DNA of 64,000 nucleotides from Zygnema circumcarinatum SAG 698-1b (lineage: Eukaryota > Plantae > Zygnematophyceae): NCBI GenBank assembly GCA_037447605.1, contig CM074816.1:2384525-2448524 (forward strand), read 5' to 3'. Positions 37,841-50,163 of this stretch are shown here, piece after piece. The number at the start of each line of letters is the position of its first letter. Positions within the stretch are counted from its first letter, which is position 1. The notes beneath the pieces are model-generated. The model had not been told where the DNA came from and ran no database searches. It saw nothing but the letters and a program-made list of their open reading frames with translations. The translations under genes were made by a program, and so were the position numbers.

Positions 37841-38933
37841 CGATGAAACACGGGGTTTCCAATCAGCGCGATGGAAGATTTGTTGTCCAATAGAATCTGC
37901 ACGGGAGTTTGTGGCCGCCCACACTCCTCAAAGAACATCGCGATCCACACCGCTTCCTTGGCAGCGTGACACGTAGCCATGTACTCAGATTCGGTAGAAG
38001 ATAATGCTACTGATTCTTGCAGTTTCGAACTCCACGAGATGACGCCACCCGCATTTAAGAATGCGTATCCAGAAGTGGATTTGGCCGTATCCGGGTCACC
38101 TCCCCAGTCAGCGTCAGTGTATCCGTACACTTCGCTGGCGCTCCCCCTCTCGAATCGGATTCCATAGTGAAGCGTCCCTTTGAGATATCGAAAGATTCTC
38201 TTGACGGCTTCCCAGTGCTGTAATCCGGGATCCTCCATGTACCGGCTGGCCGTACTCACTGCCTTAGCAAGATCCGGTCGAGTCCCAATCATAAGGTACA
38301 TCAGGCTGCCAATCGCAGACCTGTACGGAATCCCCGCCATCTCCTTCTTCTCCGCTCCCGTCCGAGGACCCATGTCCTGACTCAGCGGCGTACTCCCGTC
38401 CATGGGAGAGGAGCTGGGCTTACATTTGTCCATTCTGAAGTGTGCTAGGACCTCCCTAGCGTACTTCTCCTGGCTTAGGAACATGCTGCCGTCCTTCCCC
38501 CTCTTAAGCTGAATTCCTAAGTGGTATTCTGCAGGTCCAAGATCGCTCATCTGAAAATTCTGCCTCAACAGGTCCTTGAGACCCTGAATGCTCACCATGG
38601 AGGCGCTCACGATGATCAGGTCATCGACGTAGATCCCGACAAACATTTGAGCCGCTCCTTCGCCCTTCTTGTAGACCGAATGGTCTGCCTCAAAGCGTGT
38701 GAAGTCATTCTTTAGAAGCAAGTCGTGTATCCTTTGATACCAGATCCTTGGAGCTTGCTTGAGTCCGTAGAGACTCTTCACAAGTCTGCAGCTAAGGTGC
38801 TNNNNNNNNNNGGTGCGAATGTTTCTGAGTAGTCTATCCCGTACTTCTGCGAGAAACCTTTCGCCACTAACCTCGCCTTATATCCGTCCAAGACTGGCCT
38901 CGGGATTTTGACTCTCTTGAAGACCTACTTACA
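37841..38933 (-). mobile_element. Ty1/copia RT-RNase H fragment
   Basis: [24 protein letters not shown] (38811-38933), KSLYGLKQAPRIW, YVDD, YTDADW, SSTESEY. Confidence 0.95.
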
Positions 38934-40538
38934 TGTTGTGCGCCGCTAGAGACCGCATAAATCCTTATGTGACATAGCCTCTAGCATGAAGGACTTAGCG
39001 CCAACGCCGTTTATTAAGGATGACGCTACGCCACGCTGAGTTAAGTTCTTGGTAATCGCGGATACGACGAATCAACATATTTCGGCATACCTACCGACTC
39101 GAGCGCGACGTGACTAAGGGGCGAGCGCCAAATGTAATCCGGGCGCGACGCCGCGTTCGGGCGCATCCCTGAATCGAACCCGAGAAGTTTCACGCTACGA
39201 ACGGATTTCTATCAATCACGCAGACGCCGCCGGAACTCTCAGACGACGCCGACGCCGGCTAGAACGCCGCCAAGTGACTACCCACTGTGTTGGTGTGACA
39301 GCAGCCTGGCCATGGCGGTGAGAGACCATTGCCTACGTCCAAAATTCTTCAACACTCCAAGCAGCCTCGCGGGACAGTCATGGCTTCGTCGAGCTACTTA
39401 AGCTGCCCACGGGAGTCAAGGCAGCACTCAATCAATTCTAACCTTTATGGGGAGGTTCACGCCTCATACCACCGCATAGGAGCAAAGGTATTCTCGAGTG
39501 TAGGTAGCTGAGCCGAGGAAGGGTCGGTACGCGGTACCAGCAAAGCGCCCGCAAAGCGTTGATAGAAAGCCAGCGCCAAGAGTGTAGGACCTACCGCACT
39601 GCTGTATCTTTCCTTTGTATAAATAAGAGGTTTTTTCGGGCTGGTGGGTTTTCTCCTACATTCTCGCCACGCCTCGCCATGATCGACAAAGATGGCCGGC
39701 TGCATGCGAGTGAAGACACGAATGGAGGTTCGTACATACATCATCCCCGGTCAGCGGTAATGTGAGCCGATGGTGATATACGGCATACCATCCCTATCTT
39801 TAAGGAATCTACTACAAGGGATTTCATGGCGGGTGATGGACAACCTTTACTCCGGTGAGGTGGACCGTCAAGTACGCCAACGGACGCATCACACCACCTG
39901 CCAACTACACCACCCTGTCTCTGGACGAGCTGGAGCAGACGACGTGGTGGAAGAAGGACGTTCAAGTGAGGATGCTCATATCCTCAAGCGTCAAGGGGAA
40001 TCCGGCAAAGATGCTGCGCGAGCTTCAGACTGCCCGAGAGATGTGGCAGAAGCTCACAGCCATCTACGACACCATCGACACGAACGTGAAGTTCGAGCTC
40101 TACGATGAATTGGTGCAAATGAAGATGGGTCAGACCGAGGAACTGACATCCTACGTCATCAGGTTCAGCGAGCTGATGGACAAGTTCGTCATTGTCGCCA
40201 AGGCAATCGACAACGACCAGCAAATTGTCACCTTCCCCGAGAGGTTCGCCAGCCGGGCTCATACAACGGTATCACCTCGTCGAAGACCCCGCCGTTATGC
40301 GAACTCGCCACCCTCGGTGGCGTTCGTGAGCGCGGTGAGAGCGTAAGAGGAGCTAAATGAAGGACCAAGAAGTCGAGTCCCAGGACGCCATGGTGGTCGC
40401 AACAACCGAACGCCCGTAAGATAGGTGTCGCTACCAGAACATTCTCGCTAACTATCGCAGTTTTAAGGGACATCTCGGGGCTTCAATTGTCGCGACGGGT
40501 TAGCGCGTTCTGCATGAGGACGCCCCAACAACGCCCTA
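38934..40538 (+). mobile_element. Ty1/copia element (LTR 38934-39660 + degenerate gag) inserted into the RT of the previous copia
   Basis: 727-bp TG...CA LTR; gag 39855-40346 nearly identical to gag at 37124-37830. Confidence 0.85.
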
Positions 40539-40668
40539 NNNNNNNNNNNNNNNNNNNNNNNNNNNNNNNNNNNNNNNNNNNNNNNNNNNNNNNNNNNNNN
40601 NNNNNNNNNNNNNNNNNNNNNNNNNNNNNNNNNNNNNNNNNNNNNNNNNNNNNNNNNNNNNNNNNNNC

Positions 40669-41524
40669 TCAAACCATGGCCGACACTATCTGATAGAGCA
40701 CAAAAACCGACTCAGGAGATGGCTTTGGTTTCTCATTCGTGCGGACGGATGAGTCGTAAACAAAGCCACTAACCACGAGGATGCCAATTGCATGTTTCAG
40801 CCAACATCGGAACACGGTACCGTTAAAGTAATTGTATGACACTATAGAAAAACAGACACACTGGCAAGACTGGGCGCAGAGCTGGGCGCATTCCCCCGCG
40901 GAAGAAACACTGACAGATGCCAAGTCATTCCCGTAAGAACCTGTATTGGGAACATAGTCAAACGTATCTGCTAGCCCAACACATTCTCTTGCAAAGCCAT
41001 GCATAGCGACAGGAGCAAGTGATTCCTCACAAATGGAACTGAATTGGGACCAATGTCTTCCATTAAGCTTGGAAGAGGCGGAGTTAGATGTGCTGAAACA
41101 AGAATGCAACAAGACTACAAGCAGAAAAACCAGCTTATGAAAAAGCACGCAAGTTTTCTCCTTGGAGCGACGACAGCTATGACAATGTGAGATCAACTCA
41201 AATTGAAGAGGATATATTTCCTGAGCTGAATAGCAGGATACAGGTTGAACGCGGGTTACCCTTCCAATTTCAACCTATCCCACACATTCTTCACCATTCC
41301 CACCGACGCCCAGACTCCCGGCATCCATGACCCTCCACCTCTACTTTCCTCATCCCCCCCTCCCTCCCTCCCTCCCTCCCTCCCTNNNNNNNNNNCCCCC
41401 CCTCTCCTCCCTCCCTCCATACCTCCCTCCCTCCCTCTCACTCCTGCCCACCCGACCCACCTTGCGCTCGACCGCACGTCACAGCGAGCATGACTAGAGC
41501 TGCCAAAACGCCCCACTTCGCCAT
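40669..41524 (-). CDS. Secreted PAN/Apple-domain protein, truncated at assembly gap
   Basis: Exon 1 MAKWGVLAALVMLAVTCGRAQ (41461-41524, donor G|GTGGGT) splices in phase to exon 2 at 40967: DTFDYVPNTGSYGNDLASVSVSSAGECAQLCAQSCQCVCFS...CWLKH (PAN_4-like Cys pattern). Confidence 0.75.
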
Positions 41525-42537
41525 GGCGGCAGAATCCTTCAACAGGAACACCAAACAGCCCCGATTAGCAGAATACAAGTAAATGCTACCATACTTCATC
41601 TTTACGAAAAAATGTTTAATTGCTTTGCTTTGTCCGGGCTCCTCCCCTTCATGCCCTGCAGCCCCGCTACCTTCAACGCCCTCCTTTTACCACGTGACGG
41701 CGCCCTCTTCCGTGGCTCAAATGCCTCGAGATTTAAAGCCTTCGCCCCGTATACACTGGCTGCTCTCTCCCTCCCCTTCCTGCTTCCCCTCCCCTCCCAC
41801 TCGCGCTCTTTCTGTCCCTTTCCCTCTCTTCCTCCCCTCCCTCTCCCCTTCCCTCCCTCCCCTCCCCTCCCCTCCCCTCTCCCCTCCCCCTCCCCCTCCC
41901 CTCCCCCTCCCCTCCCCCTTCCCCTCCCCTCCCCTCCCCCTCCCCCTCCCTCCCCTCCCTCCCCTCCCCTCTCCCTCACCCTCTCCCTCTCCTCCCTCTC
42001 TCACTCCGTCTCCTCTCCCACTCCCAGCTGTGGCTTTCCCTCTCCGCCCCTCCCTCCGCTGACACGACAGCGAGGCTGACGCGGACAGTTCGGGCTGCCA
42101 GCGGCGGTCAGGGGAAAAGCACAGTGCAGTCTGCACACATTGCGCGTCGCGCCGCCATTGGGATTTGGAACGTTTCGACCCTGAGGTCGAAACGTTCCAA
42201 TGGCGGCGAGCGCAAGAAGACAAACCGAATCTACCAAGTTTGTGAGCGAAAATTATTTACCGAAAGTCAAAAGGTTTTGAAAACGAAGTCGTAAAAATGA
42301 CGCAGCGGTCTTTGCCACGTGGCAGAAGTGGATTGATTGACTTCGATACCCTCGTCCTCTCGAGTTCTTGGATGCGAGCGGTGATGTACACTGTCCGTAC
42401 AGAGTTTGTAGTGACCAATACAGTACCCCCACCTAATATTTTCGCCATGGTTTCGGCAAATATTGGGCGAAAATCTTGGAATTTGCATATATAAGGAAGT
42501 CCGTGTTAATAATAGGCGGGAGAAGAGAGAAAATGGT

Positions 42538-44105
42538 ATTGAACTCACGATGGCGAGGCCATCAAATGTACATGAAGAAAAGCAGCATGTGGAACCACGA
42601 GGGACTGGCCGCAAAGGACCTAGGCACAAAAGATAAAAGCTAAGAGCGGAAAACTACGCCTAGGCGTGTGCGCGTCACTAGTAATAGAACGCGTACTTCA
42701 GTCGCCTTCAGCCAAGAAGGCGCGAACTGGCCGAGTAAGACGCCTCCATGAACATGAGCATTTTTAAACGCCAAGTCCAGAACCCCAAGTTTATCCAGAA
42801 GTCACAAAACACCCTCTCGTTGATCAAACACACCGGAGAGGTCAGACAGAACCCTCCTGCTGCCATTCCGCAGGCGACCGTAGGGAGCGCAGTAAAACCG
42901 TAGGTGCTGCCCAAACACGAGAGTTCCTAATGCAGCCTCGTGTTGAAGCGCATGCGCTCGCTCGCCTAAGGATCACAAATCGCCTTCATTTTTTCAAGGC
43001 CTTCCTCTGGGGAGTCCGGCGGTCAAGCGCGGTTCCGCACTCTGCGCGCCAAACTGTCGTACGGAAATCCGTTTTGCGGCCTTTTTTAGTTGGGTTCAAA
43101 ATTTGAAATATCTGCTGTTTTAATATTCCGTATCGCGGAAATATCGTATCGTATATCTTCAAACGATATATCGTTATGAAAGGCTGGCGGCTCGATCATA
43201 GTAATTTGGAAGCACCATTTTTGTGGAACTGTATTGGTGTTCTATGTGAAACATAGAGAAATGGGAAGAACTGCAAGAATAGAAAGGTTGAACAGCTCTA
43301 ACCATTGGACTGGCAACCATTGGCCCAACCATTGGTGCCAATTGCTTAACCGGGCAATGGGTGTCATTGAAGCCAATGACTGCAACCATAGGCAATGGTT
43401 GTCTTGATCAACCAATAAATGGTTGCAACCATTCCATCACTTGGTGACTTTGGTCTTTGGACTTTGGCGCGAGTTCAATGAAAGTTTCCCCTTTCTTTGG
43501 TCTAACTTTCTTCAACCTTTTGAAGCCCTGAGTTGCAAACTGAGGCGAAAAGTTTTGAACCCCGAACCGAAGTTTGCAACCAGCTTCAAACTTTCTGGGC
43601 TTCAACCGTCCGCACGAGTGAGATGACATCAGCAAAGTCGAACCACGTCAGCAAAAGTTGGACGGAGTTGAAGTCCAACCAATGAAATTGCAACCGTACC
43701 CTCCGGAAGCTTCCAAGCAGCGACCCTCGGTGGAAATTCCGCACTTTGACCGAGGTCCGGTCCGAGGTGGCGGTCAAGGGGAAAAACTCATGTCCGGGGT
43801 CATGACGGCGGGGCATAATCCCATCCCTAGGCGGGACCTTCTGCGACTGGTCATGATGACCCTCCAAGTTAATCACCTAAAAACCCTCGTGTTGGTGGAC
43901 TTCCCCCGCTCCCTCCTTGCGATGTGCCTCACATCGGTGACCTTCGCGGCTGCTTCTAGGGCTGCATTGTTGTGCCTAGGCGTAGTTTTCCGCTCCTAGC
44001 TTCGTTTTATTGTGTTCCGGTCCTTTGCGACCAGTCCCTCGTGGTTCCACATTTTGCTTTTGTCCATGTACATTTGATGACCTCGCCATCGTGAGTTCAA
44101 TGAAA
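42538..44105. repeat. Inverted pair (42538-42665 / 43974-44101) of a dispersed repeat also present at 6144-6362
   Basis: cgtagttttccgctcctagc...cctcgccatcg(c/t)gagttcaatgaaa occurs in three copies; two face each other across ~1.3 kb. Confidence 0.85.
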
Positions 44106-44497
44106 TTCCCCTCTTCGTGACATGACCAATACTGTGATGTGACCAATTACATGACGTGATGACATGACGTACAACTGATCTCCGGTTCTTTCCATTTTTA
44201 AGAACCGCCTGCCGCAGCCGCATATCTGTTGCAGAATCGTTGGCGTAAGGCAGTGTTTCAAGGAGAGCATGAAAAGGGGTTGAGGAGGACGGACGCTGTC
44301 AGATTAGGTTTGGGAGATGATCGCTCTGTTGATAAGGTAGAAAGATACAAAAAAACGTGTGAGTGGGATTTGCTTCTGCCCTTCTGTCTTCGGATGATGA
44401 GCACTGAATGAAAGTTTGAAATTCTTAATAATAAAAAAAATAATAATAACGGTTAGAGGAGGACCAGGCGCTTGGACACGAGAGAAACACTCTGAAC

Positions 44498-45601
44498 ATG
44501 GAAAAAGGTGCTTCGACCTTGCCTGCATCATCTGCAAATTCCACCGTGAAGGTGCGTATCGTAGTAGACGACGGTGAGGATGTTGCTGCTGAGTACTGCA
44601 TGGCCATGGCTGCCATGAAGAAGAGCGGCTTCCTGTCAACTCAAGCGTCGGAGAGATGGGCTGAAGTTGGGAAACGTGCTGACAAGAACCCGGTATTGAA
44701 TGTTCGAGCGAGGAAAGACGATGTCGAAGGCTATCTGAGTGCGCTAAAGTTGATGGAAGGAGAGTCGAATTTGGAATTAGAGGCGAAGAATGTGAGCAGA
44801 GCGGTACAATTGCTGAAGGCCTGCGCTTCGCTCTTGTATGAGGAGGGCATGCAGGGCTGCATGCGGTACTTGAGGGACGTGACATGGAGGGAGGGGGAGG
44901 AGACTGAGGAGGTAGTGGCGACGATCAAAGCCTTGCAGCTTAAGGAAGGGGATGCAGTTCTCTCGCGGCAGAACCCCGCTTACAAAGAAAGTCTGATGAA
45001 ACAACTTTTATTGAAGTGCGCATTTGAACGGTGCGAGAAACTTTGGGAATTTGTGAAGATGGACATCATTCCCTTTATTCGCACTGATCTTCTACACTCC
45101 GCGTTCAGATGGTTAATTGGACAGTGTTGCAAAAACGCTTCAAATATGACGAATCGCTGTGTGCCTCTCGCATGTTCGACTCACTCACATTTGAGAGCTA
45201 AAGCGTGGTCCCTCAATGCAAGGACCGAGTTGATGCGTGATGGCGGAGGCCACTTGGAGGTCACTGAAATATTTCTATCACCATTCGCAGGCTTTTGCGA
45301 TGATTGCCGTTACTATTCAAATGAGGAAGCAAAGGCGTACTTGCTCGGTTTGGTGGAGGGCACGTTTGTGACTACGGCTGAAAACAAGAGAAATCTTATC
45401 ATCAAGATTTTGCAGAATCGTGAGCAGAATCGTTCTTTGTCAGAGTCAATTACGAAAGTGTTAGATTTTCTTCCAGGTGAATGCAAAGATTTCACAAACA
45501 TGCTTCCTCACTTACGTTCAAACGTCATACTTAGTCTAAGACCATGGATTAAAAAGAAAGTACAGAACAGTGGACAAATAGATTCTAAGACTTGTCTTTA
45601 G
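44498..45601 (+). CDS. BTB/POZ-domain protein, At3g50780/At1g63850-type, intronless CDS
   Basis: KSGFLSTQASERW...DDVEGYLSALKLM...VSRAVQLLKACASLLYEEGMQGCMRYLRDVTWREGEETEEV matches this family's pattern. Confidence 0.75.
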   Translation: MEKGASTLPASSANSTVKVRIVVDDGEDVAAEYCMAMAAMKKSGFLSTQASERWAEVGKRADKNPVLNVRARKDDVEGYLSALKLMEGESNLELEAKNVSRAVQLLKACASLLYEEGMQGCMRYLRDVTWREGEETEEVVATIKALQLKEGDAVLSRQNPAYKESLMKQLLLKCAFERCEKLWEFVKMDIIPFIRTDLLHSAFRWLIGQCCKNASNMTNRCVPLACSTHSHLRAKAWSLNARTELMRDGGGHLEVTEIFLSPFAGFCDDCRYYSNEEAKAYLLGLVEGTFVTTAENKRNLIIKILQNREQNRSLSESITKVLDFLPGECKDFTNMLPHLRSNVILSLRPWIKKKVQNSGQIDSKTCL

Positions 45602-46029
45602 TCAAGTTTAATGAGAGTCCGTCAATCGGTCGCAGTGGTAGCACAATTACTATGTTCCTCTCTAGATATCAGATCCGCTTCCAGACACAGAATGGCTGCT
45701 AACGATTCGTGCGCATAGGTTTCGTCTAAATGATGATCGGGCTGCCAACATACTTTTTTGTGACTTTTTCTTGGCTCCCTTGGTTGGTCAATGCTTTTGA
45801 CTTTGCAAATCAGATAAGAGCGAAATATGCACGTTAAGAAATCTTGAAGGTGCGAATTGAGAACATGTGCACATGATCCAGAACGACCAAAGTTATGCCA
45901 GAAATGAATGTAATGTGAAAGAACCAACTAAAATGTCGTAACTTTAATTAGAAAACATATTTTGCCACTATACATAGATGTCGCTCCTCACGAAAAAAAG
46001 CCCAAAAAAGCAAATTGCGGCGAACGCTT

Positions 46030-48295
46030 TTACCACATAAAGCGCTGCCAGCCAGGCTCGTCTACCCACTTGAATGGCCGAAACAAGAACAAGAAAAGTG
46101 TGATTGCATTTACGGCAACATATGCGAAAAGCGTGAACTCGTAACTGGAATCGTTTGGCAGGGGGGTGTGTAGGATTGTAAATAAAACCGGAATCGTAAA
46201 ATATCTCAATTCTAGCAGAGGAGCAGGCACGAGTACTGCAGCCGTCGCTCCAAAAAAGAGAAGACTCCACAACTTTGGCTGCAGCCTCTCTGTACACGAG
46301 TGAGGGGAAGAATATGCCACTCTTAGTCCTTCAGATTCAAAAATACCAAGGACAGGGAGAGGGGGGAGGGGGGAAGGGGGAGAGGGGGGATGGGGGGAGA
46401 GGGGGGAAGAGGGGATGAGGTGGGGAAGGGAGAAAGTTGGGGAGGGGGAGAGGGAGGGAGGGGGAGAGGGGGAGGGGGGAGGGGGGAGGGGGAGAGAGGG
46501 AAGAGGGGATGAGGTGGGGAAGGGAGAAAGTTGGGGAGGGGGAGAGGGAGGGAGGGGAGAGGGGGAGGGGGGAGGGGGGAGGGGGAGAAGGGGAGTGGGG
46601 GGAGAGGAGGGAGAAGAGGGGAGGGGGAGAGGGGGAGGGGGGAGGGGGAAACGGGGCGAGGGGGGAGAGAAAGGGATGGGGAGAGGGGGGAGAAGGGCGG
46701 AGTGGGGAGAGTGCGGGAGGACTTACTGAATGTTGTCAGAAGGCTGACGCTCGAATACAAATAAATCGGCACAAGGAAATATTTGGAAACCGCATTTCTC
46801 CGAATAAGTTTTCTCCAAATATAAAAAGTGTAATGGCGGTTGTCAGCGAGCAAGTACGGATGAGCCAGACTGCATCCATTGACATTGTTTTTCGCAATTA
46901 GGGTTTCAGATAGGACCTGAATAACATGAATGAGTACATAAAATAGAAGTAATACAAAAATAACCTTTAACACGTAGCCTCTCTTTCTTTCTTCTCTCTC
47001 CCTTCGAAATACGTAACAAAAAACGCATTACTTAGCCATTTTTTCATTTGTCTTTTTCACACCTGTATTTATGAATGGCAAAAAATGTTGCCAAGACCGC
47101 GAAGGCTCCAACTAGGGTCGTTTTCAGAGGATTTTTCCTCCAGTTTTTTGCCAAAAACTGCCCTAAAACCCAAACTCGCTTTGGCGAAAAATGTTCCGAA
47201 AACATCGCTGCCGCTGCGACTGCGCAAAAATAGAAAGGCTGCGCAAAGTGGGGTGCCATTTTATGAGCGTCTTTTGCGCCTGCCACGTGGACCAATCAGC
47301 TGTCAGAAACCAAAAAAAAGAAATACAGCAAAAGGGGGGCTGTGGACGGAACCAAAGCACTACACACCATTAACCAAAAGAAACCAAAAAACCAAAAACC
47401 CAAAACCACAACCCGAAAAACCCAAACTAACTTCGCAGAGACAAGTTCAACGTTTGGTGCGTCTAAAACCATGAAAAGAGTACTAACATACTTTAAAAGA
47501 AAAACTAAATGAATGAATGAATGAATGTAAGTGTGGTTTTGGAGACTGACCAACCACAATCCCTCCGTTCCAAAGCACAAAAGCTGCGAATCCGCCGCAG
47601 ACGGTCAAAAGAGGGAACATTTGCTCAAAAAGAAACCACTTGGAAACCCAAAGCCGGAGAATCAGCTGGCCAACTTCACTCAGAATTCCTGAAGTAGCAA
47701 GGAAAAGGGAGGGGTGGGGAAGTTAGACTGAAAGGTTGAGAAAAATGAAAGGTTGAGAATGAGAGTGAACCTAAGCAACTTGAGAGCAATATGGGAGAGA
47801 GAAAAGCTAATACTGAAAGAGTAGGGCCTGGGCAAGAGAGAGGGCGAGAGACGGTAACGGAAGGGGAGAGGTGGGAGGAGGGAAAGAGAGAGAGAGAGAG
47901 ACAAGCACAGAGAGAGAGGGAAGAGAGGAGAGGGAGGGAGGAGAGAGAGAGAGAAATTGCATACCTGGGCTTCGCTTCCTCACGTCTTCGCTTGCAGAGT
48001 GGGATACCCTTTCAGCATTCGCAAGTTTTACTCCCTCCCCCTCTCCCTCCCCTCCTCTCTTCTGCCCTCTGCGCCGAACAGCTTCTCCTGAGTCTCTCGC
48101 CCTCTCCTGGGAGGACCCCACCGGACCTCCAACAGAAGGTTGTCCTTGTTGAGAGGGAGAGGGCGGGAGAGGGGGAGAGGGAGAGGGAGAGGAAGAGGAT
48201 TCGTCCAAAAGTTTAAGCGTGCTTTCGCAGAGCACAAACGCTGTCCACACGGCGTTGGTCTGCCGAAAGAAAATCGCGACAACTCCAAACTGCTT

Positions 48296-48344
<49 letters not shown>

Positions 48345-49808
48345 AAAGAGAGAGAGATGAGAGAGAGGGATGAGAGAGAGAGGAGGAGAGCGAAATGGAA
48401 GGAGAGGAACAGGAGAAGTAGGTCAGTAAACCTCCCTCTCTGCTTGAAAGCAAAAATTAAAAAGACAACCAAATGTACAACTTTCCAAACTGCATTTCGT
48501 TCCCTCTTACAGCCCACCTAAGAATTTTTTCATTCTGCCCGAAAGGAAAAAATGGCAGAAATGAAGCCCGAAAAAGAAAAGCTCTCTCAGAACTCACCCG
48601 AAAAAGAGAAATGCATCATCGTCCTCACCAGTGCACTCAGCCAAAAACTTTTTTTTTGCGCCGCAAAATACATCGCCATGACAGCGGTCACAGAGCCCAC
48701 ATCCGTGTAATAAAAAAAAGTGAAAAAAAAATGCAAAGGGTACAACCCCATTAGGGCCGCCCTCTTCCATGGATCCCATTTGGAAGGGAACGAGGGGTCG
48801 AGCTCGAGTGAAATTCTCCAAAAAAGAATTAGACCCAAAATTGCAAATAGAATGTTGACGGAACGGAGAATCGGTACTGAGCAAAGGGAGGATAAGGTGG
48901 AGTCTCCGTCAAATGCCCTAAAGAAGGGAAAAAGGGTTGCGATGTATCCAATCGAAAGGTAATAACTGCAGTTATAAAAAAGATGGGGGGGTTAGATATA
49001 ATCTACGTGACTGATTAGGGTATAAATGGGTCTTAGTGAGCTGGAAGGGGACCTTGCTGCTAAAGACAAATGTTTGTTGTACGGAAAAGGGTTTATTGTT
49101 AAAAGACTGAAATGCATTGACCGAAAGATTCGACTTTCTGAAGAGGTTTTGAAGCCCCAGGTTTTTTTTTCTTTTCACATTATTTTCTGAGGCCGGAAAA
49201 TTACAAGCCGGGAAGGGTGGTGATCATGGAGTCCCAATCACGAAAGTTTCCGCGGCAATATTGCTGAGCTTGAGGAATGTGAAAAATCTCATCCTGCCCA
49301 CAAAAAGGAGCGTGAACGAACGAATACAAAAGCAAGACGTATTAGTTCTGTTTTCTCTGAAACCTTAAGATAACTTCACAAAGAACCCTGCAGGAATTCT
49401 GAACCAAAACCCTAACCCTAACCCTAACCCTAACCCTAACCCTAACCCTAACCCTAACCCTAACCCTAACCCTAACCCTAGCCCTAACCCTAACCCTAAC
49501 CCTAACCCTAACCCTACTAACCTTAGTTCTAACCCTAACCCTATAATAGTCCCAAGAAACTAAAACCCTAGAAGCCGGTGCTGAACCAAACACAACCCAA
49601 AAACCCTAAAAAAAACCCCCATCCAAATCCCTTAACAAATCCCCCAAAACCCTAAAAATCCTAAAACACTAAAACCCCAGAAAGCATCCCCATCCTTTAC
49701 CATGTACGGCTGCGGTACGACCTCCCCCACCAGCCATGCGATTGGACCGTACACTGCCATGGCCGCCACAGCCGCCAATAGCACCTCCTGAGGGCGCCAC
49801 GTGGCCAT
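46030..49808 (-). CDS. ALG10: Dol-P-Glc:Glc2Man9GlcNAc2-PP-Dol alpha-1,2-glucosyltransferase (DIE2/ALG10), multi-exon
   Basis: VPQPYM|[13 protein letters not shown]...ITTLPGL; FFYYTDVGS; FRQTNAVW; [18 protein letters not shown]; [13 protein letters not shown]; QRFMW-stop. Confidence 0.96.
49408..49543. repeat. Nearly pure (CCCTAA)n telomere-like tract in ALG10 intron 1
   Basis: About 18 consecutive ccctaa units flanked by degenerate copies. Confidence 0.95.
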
Positions 49809-50163
49809 GAGGTCCTACGTGGCACGCTCCTATTGGTGCTGCTCCGCTGACGTGTCCTCCCTCCACCGTTCACTTTCCCTCCCGGAAGCACGGCTAAGCT
49901 TTCAACCTTCTTGAAATTTCAATATTCGAAACAAGTACATTGCTTCCAAAAAATGAATACGAATGCGTAATAGAAAAGTACTTTTTTCGAAATACGTCCC
50001 CAAGCGCAAAGCGGGCGCAGGGTTCAGGGGGGGGCTGGAACCGAATGGGGTTCAGAGGGAATGATGGGAGGGTTCAGGGTGTCCACGTGTCACGCTCGCC
50101 GGGCCTTCCGGATGACACGTGGCATTCTCACCCGTGAGATTCCCACGTGCCATGTCGGAAGTG
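49809..50163. promoter_or_regulatory. Putative bidirectional promoter ALG10/LpxK rich in ACGT(G) G-box/ABRE-like motifs
   Basis: Head-to-head start codons ~355 bp apart; ctacgtggc, tgacgtgtc, ccacgtgtc, acacgtggc, ccacgtgcc within the interval. Confidence 0.55.

Noticed and set aside
42677-42695. CACTAGTA as a CACTA transposon terminus
   Set aside because: No matching opposite end or subterminal repeat structure found
49408-49543. Chromosome-fusion or true telomere interpretation of the CCCTAA tract
   Set aside because: Short, lies inside an intron of an intact gene, and similar tracts recur near other gene 5' ends
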